From NCBI GenBank assembly GCA_964632315.1, contig CAZWEM010000061.1, positions 1-19,750 on the forward strand: 19,750 nucleotides of DNA, given 5' to 3'. Each line of letters opens with the position of its first letter. Within the stretch, counting starts at the first letter, position 1. The notes under the pieces were generated by a model. The model searched no databases. It was not told the DNA's origin and saw nothing but the letters and a program-made list of their open reading frames with translations. Both the position numbers and the translations under genes were made by a program. The DNA comes from an uncultured archaeon. GTDB lineage: Archaea > Asgardarchaeota > Lokiarchaeia > Sigyniarchaeales > SOKP01. This document shows, piece by piece, positions 17,512-19,750 of the stretch.

Positions 17512-18288
17512 ATGTATCTAGCGATTGATTTTTGGTACTGGGTTCTTGGTATTTGGATTGTCTCTCAACTTTCCTGGTATTTATATTCCTTTGCTCGGGG
17601 TGTATTTCGTGCTTGTTTGAACATCCTTTTTTTCCTGGGGGTTATAGTTCATGAATTTAGTCACTTCATCGTGAGTTTAATATGTGGAGTACCCGTGGAA
17701 CGGATCGAAATTAGATGGAGAAGCTCTAATGGATTTAGCATAGGTCCCCATGGATCAATAGCCACTGGGGATTTTCCACACAGGTCGTTTATGAAAGGCT
17801 TGATGATCTCTTTTGCACCACTGTTAATGTCTACATTTTTGTTATTTGGGTGTATTGACATTATTTCAGTTATCAAAACTAGTTTCTTCATTAAAATTTT
17901 AGCAATAATTTTTGCAATTTCCTTATTATTAACCGCTGCCCCTTCAAAGCAAGACTTAAATGTTGTAGTATTGGCCGTATCAAATGATACCTTACTTGCT
18001 TTTTTTCAGGCTGCGTGCTTTGGAATTTCTTTACTTTTTAGCATTACACTCATAAATTTCTCGAAATTTCAATTGCCGTTTGAATTCATGTATTACATAT
18101 TATATTTTCTAGCAAGTATTGTGGTCTACTTTGTCATTTTTTATTCCTTGAAGTGGACGGGAATGGGAATTTGGACGATTTATCGAAAACTTTCCAGGAG
18201 AGACAATTCGTTATCCAATCGAAGCTTGAATCGCAAACGGATAAAGTCCAAAAAGCATCCGAAAGAAAAAGAAGGAGAGTGGTGGTGA
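17512..18288 (+). CDS. Integral-membrane zinc metalloprotease, M50/site-2-protease-like (M50B/DUF3267-type)
   Basis: GVIVHEFSHFIV (HExxH inside a hydrophobic helix), ISFAPL, and APSKQD (candidate third-ligand Asp). About 6 TM helices and a basic C-terminal tail. Confidence 0.78.
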   Translation: MYLAIDFWYWVLGIWIVSQLSWYLYSFARGVFRACLNILFFLGVIVHEFSHFIVSLICGVPVERIEIRWRSSNGFSIGPHGSIATGDFPHRSFMKGLMISFAPLLMSTFLLFGCIDIISVIKTSFFIKILAIIFAISLLLTAAPSKQDLNVVVLAVSNDTLLAFFQAACFGISLLFSITLINFSKFQLPFEFMYYILYFLASIVVYFVIFYSLKWTGMGIWTIYRKLSRRDNSLSNRSLNRKRIKSKKHPKEKEGEWW

Positions 18289-18290
18289 AA

Positions 18291-18632
18291 ATGAAGGGAA
18301 TGTGTTTTTTGATAGTTGCCTTTGCTCTAATCCTTTCCTATCAAAAAAATCCGCTTGGGACCATAATAATTGGAGGAATAGGTATCGTAATTTATGCCGT
18401 CTTCAAATCAAGGAAAAAGAGTACTGGATCGCGAAGGGGATGGATATTTAATAAGGGAAGTGCCCATCAAATCTCACAAATGGATGACCTGATTAAATTG
18501 TTAGTGGTTCAAAATTTTTTGAATGATAGAAGAGAGACGGTAGAAACACGAGAGGAAAAAGAACCTTCCAAAAATTTCAAGGATCTTGAAAAAATAAAAA
18601 ATGAAACCCTCTCTCTATTTGATGAGGTTTAG
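18291..18632 (+). CDS. Small membrane protein (113 aa): N-terminal 2-TM hairpin plus charged cytoplasmic tail
   Basis: The ATG at 18291 follows GGTGGTGA, which contains the upstream stop. Sequence is CFLIVAFALILSY / LGTIIIGGIGIVIYAVF-KSRKK followed by a helical tail. Confidence 0.7.
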   Translation: MKGMCFLIVAFALILSYQKNPLGTIIIGGIGIVIYAVFKSRKKSTGSRRGWIFNKGSAHQISQMDDLIKLLVVQNFLNDRRETVETREEKEPSKNFKDLEKIKNETLSLFDEV

Positions 18633-18636
18633 AAAT

Positions 18637-19338
18637 GTGGAAAACATTATCTCACTAATAAAATGCCATCTGAATGGAGATAGCGAAATACTTTCTCTCT
18701 CAGGACCATCAGCTTCGGGAAAGACAACATTAGCATTACAAATCATCAGTAATTTAATCAAACCAAATAAACAAGAAAAATCGATCTGGATTCAAGCAAG
18801 TGAGCTTTTTCCGAAGAGGAGATTGGATGCCCTCCTTCTTAAGAATTTATCTCAAAAAAAATATGTTTTACAAAATACCTTTATTTTTCCTTCCGATCAC
18901 GTACTTTCTTCTTTCGAAGAACAACAAGAATTATTGCGGAGACTTACCACTCAATTATACCCTCCTGAGACAAAATATCTCGTAATTGATAACATCTCCC
19001 ATCACTTGCGATTAGCTCTATCCTTACAGAGGGATTTATCTCAATGCTCAAAGTTAGTGAATCAATTTTTCGATGAGGCTTTATTTCCACTTATTATGAG
19101 ATGCAAGAGAGAACAAATAAACTTAATAATGATCCATGAGGTGTCTCAAGACCCTCACTCTGGGGAGATTCGTCCTTTTTATAACAAATTATTTAAAAGA
19201 ATTGAATCACTATCGGTTTACTTTCAAGGTTTAATTCGTTTCGGGACCCAATCATTACGTGTTACTCCTCGAGAAAAGCCTACATTTCGACTTTTATATG
19301 AATTAAGAGATGAAGGAGTTTTCACTTGTTCTTTATAA
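18637..19338 (+). CDS. RecA/Rad51-superfamily ATPase, RadB-like paralog (no N-terminal HhH domain)
   Basis: ILSLSGPSASGKTTLALQI (Walker A), SIWIQASELFPKRRL, YLVIDNIS (Walker B) and INLIMIHEV. About 233 aa. GAGGT at 18624-18628 precedes the in-frame GTG at 18637; ATG 18622 is the alternative start. Confidence 0.8.
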   Translation: MENIISLIKCHLNGDSEILSLSGPSASGKTTLALQIISNLIKPNKQEKSIWIQASELFPKRRLDALLLKNLSQKKYVLQNTFIFPSDHVLSSFEEQQELLRRLTTQLYPPETKYLVIDNISHHLRLALSLQRDLSQCSKLVNQFFDEALFPLIMRCKREQINLIMIHEVSQDPHSGEIRPFYNKLFKRIESLSVYFQGLIRFGTQSLRVTPREKPTFRLLYELRDEGVFTCSL

Positions 19339-19360
19339 ACTCTCACCGTAAATCACCTTC

Positions 19361-19747
19361 ATGGACGTCTTGGAGAAAGGCACTAAAATTCAAGAAATTC
19401 GCTGTTGTATCTGTCATGCGGTTATCACATCCATAGAGGGAGTGTATCAATCCCCTTTTAATTATGCTCTTGCATGTAAAGCCTGTTCAAGTTTATTCAC
19501 CAAAGATGACCTCGAAATGATGATGAGCCTTTTTTTTCTTTTTGGGGGCTATTTTGGAGAACTTGGAAGTGAGCTGTTTAATTTAGAAGTAGTATTAGAT
19601 TCGATTGGTGAATCAATTCCTATAGATTTTGATGATTTAGAATCTATTAACCAAAGAGTAATGCATGTTGCTCTCTTACATGGGCTTGGTCCTTCAGATT
19701 TCAATAGGATCTTGAAGGGATATATTGAATCAGAATTTGAGGATTAA
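19361..19747 (+). CDS. Zn-finger-containing hypothetical protein (128 aa), last visible gene of the protease-RadB-like operon
   Basis: RCCICH...LACKAC, followed by a helical acidic domain. It starts 22 nt after the RadB-like stop. Confidence 0.75.
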   Translation: MDVLEKGTKIQEIRCCICHAVITSIEGVYQSPFNYALACKACSSLFTKDDLEMMMSLFFLFGGYFGELGSELFNLEVVLDSIGESIPIDFDDLESINQRVMHVALLHGLGPSDFNRILKGYIESEFED

Positions 19748-19750
19748 AAT

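Noticed and set aside
18153-18290. N-terminal 46 aa of the 159-aa ORF
   Set aside because: It overlaps the protease gene by 136 nt. The SD-like GGTGGTGA followed by ATG at 18291 is a better start.
970-18985. Numerous 60-94-aa ORFs in the track overlapping long genes (e.g. 970-1185, 2649-3040, 3438-3955, 4377-5276, 8584-10421, 11466-11648, 12141-14549, 15636-16673, 17661-17891, 18800-18985)
   Set aside because: They are antisense or alternate-frame shadows of well-supported CDSs, with no motifs or translation signals.
18637-19338. Calling the ATPase RadA or KaiC
   Set aside because: It is too short for RadA, lacks the N-terminal HhH domain, and its loops are diverged. I see no KaiC-specific motifs. 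It is left as a RadB-like paralog with no gene symbol.
1-19750. CRISPR array, tRNA/rRNA, IS element, provirus or known anti-phage system
   Set aside because: No regularly spaced DNA repeats, cloverleaf, transposase, integrase or capsid motifs were seen. The two helicases belong to repair families, although a defence role cannot be excluded from sequence alone.

Overview
AT-rich archaeal chromosomal DNA, most consistent with an Asgard archaeon of the Lokiarchaeia/Promethearchaeota type. The clues are a PGY-TM-KKK 'Loki-CTERM'-style sorting tail, a TFB-like gene, TATA boxes and GAGGTGA-type ribosome-binding sites. I see no rRNA, tRNA, CRISPR array or transposase. The window is enriched in atypical DNA-repair and recombination genes: a Hel308/HELQ-like helicase with a SWIM zinc finger inserted in its winged-helix domain, a Hef/FANCM-like helicase with an apparently dead ERCC4 domain, a RadB-like RecA/Rad51 paralog, and a membrane-anchored tandem-HhH protein with a degenerate PD-(D/E)xK-like segment. 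Alongside these are a divergent TFB paralog, a HExxH intramembrane metalloprotease in an operon with the RadB-like gene, and several small Zn-finger proteins. The lead hypothesis (inference) is a membrane-linked, protease- and alternative-TFB-controlled DNA-damage-response locus. Also present are a large surface protein with prenyltransferase-type repeats whose C-terminal third resembles eukaryotic ribophorin II, an SDR oxidoreductase, a very AT-rich acyltransferase-3 gene, and an unannotated 88-aa ORF that appears to start at ATT. All family assignments come from motif recognition by eye; no database searches were run.
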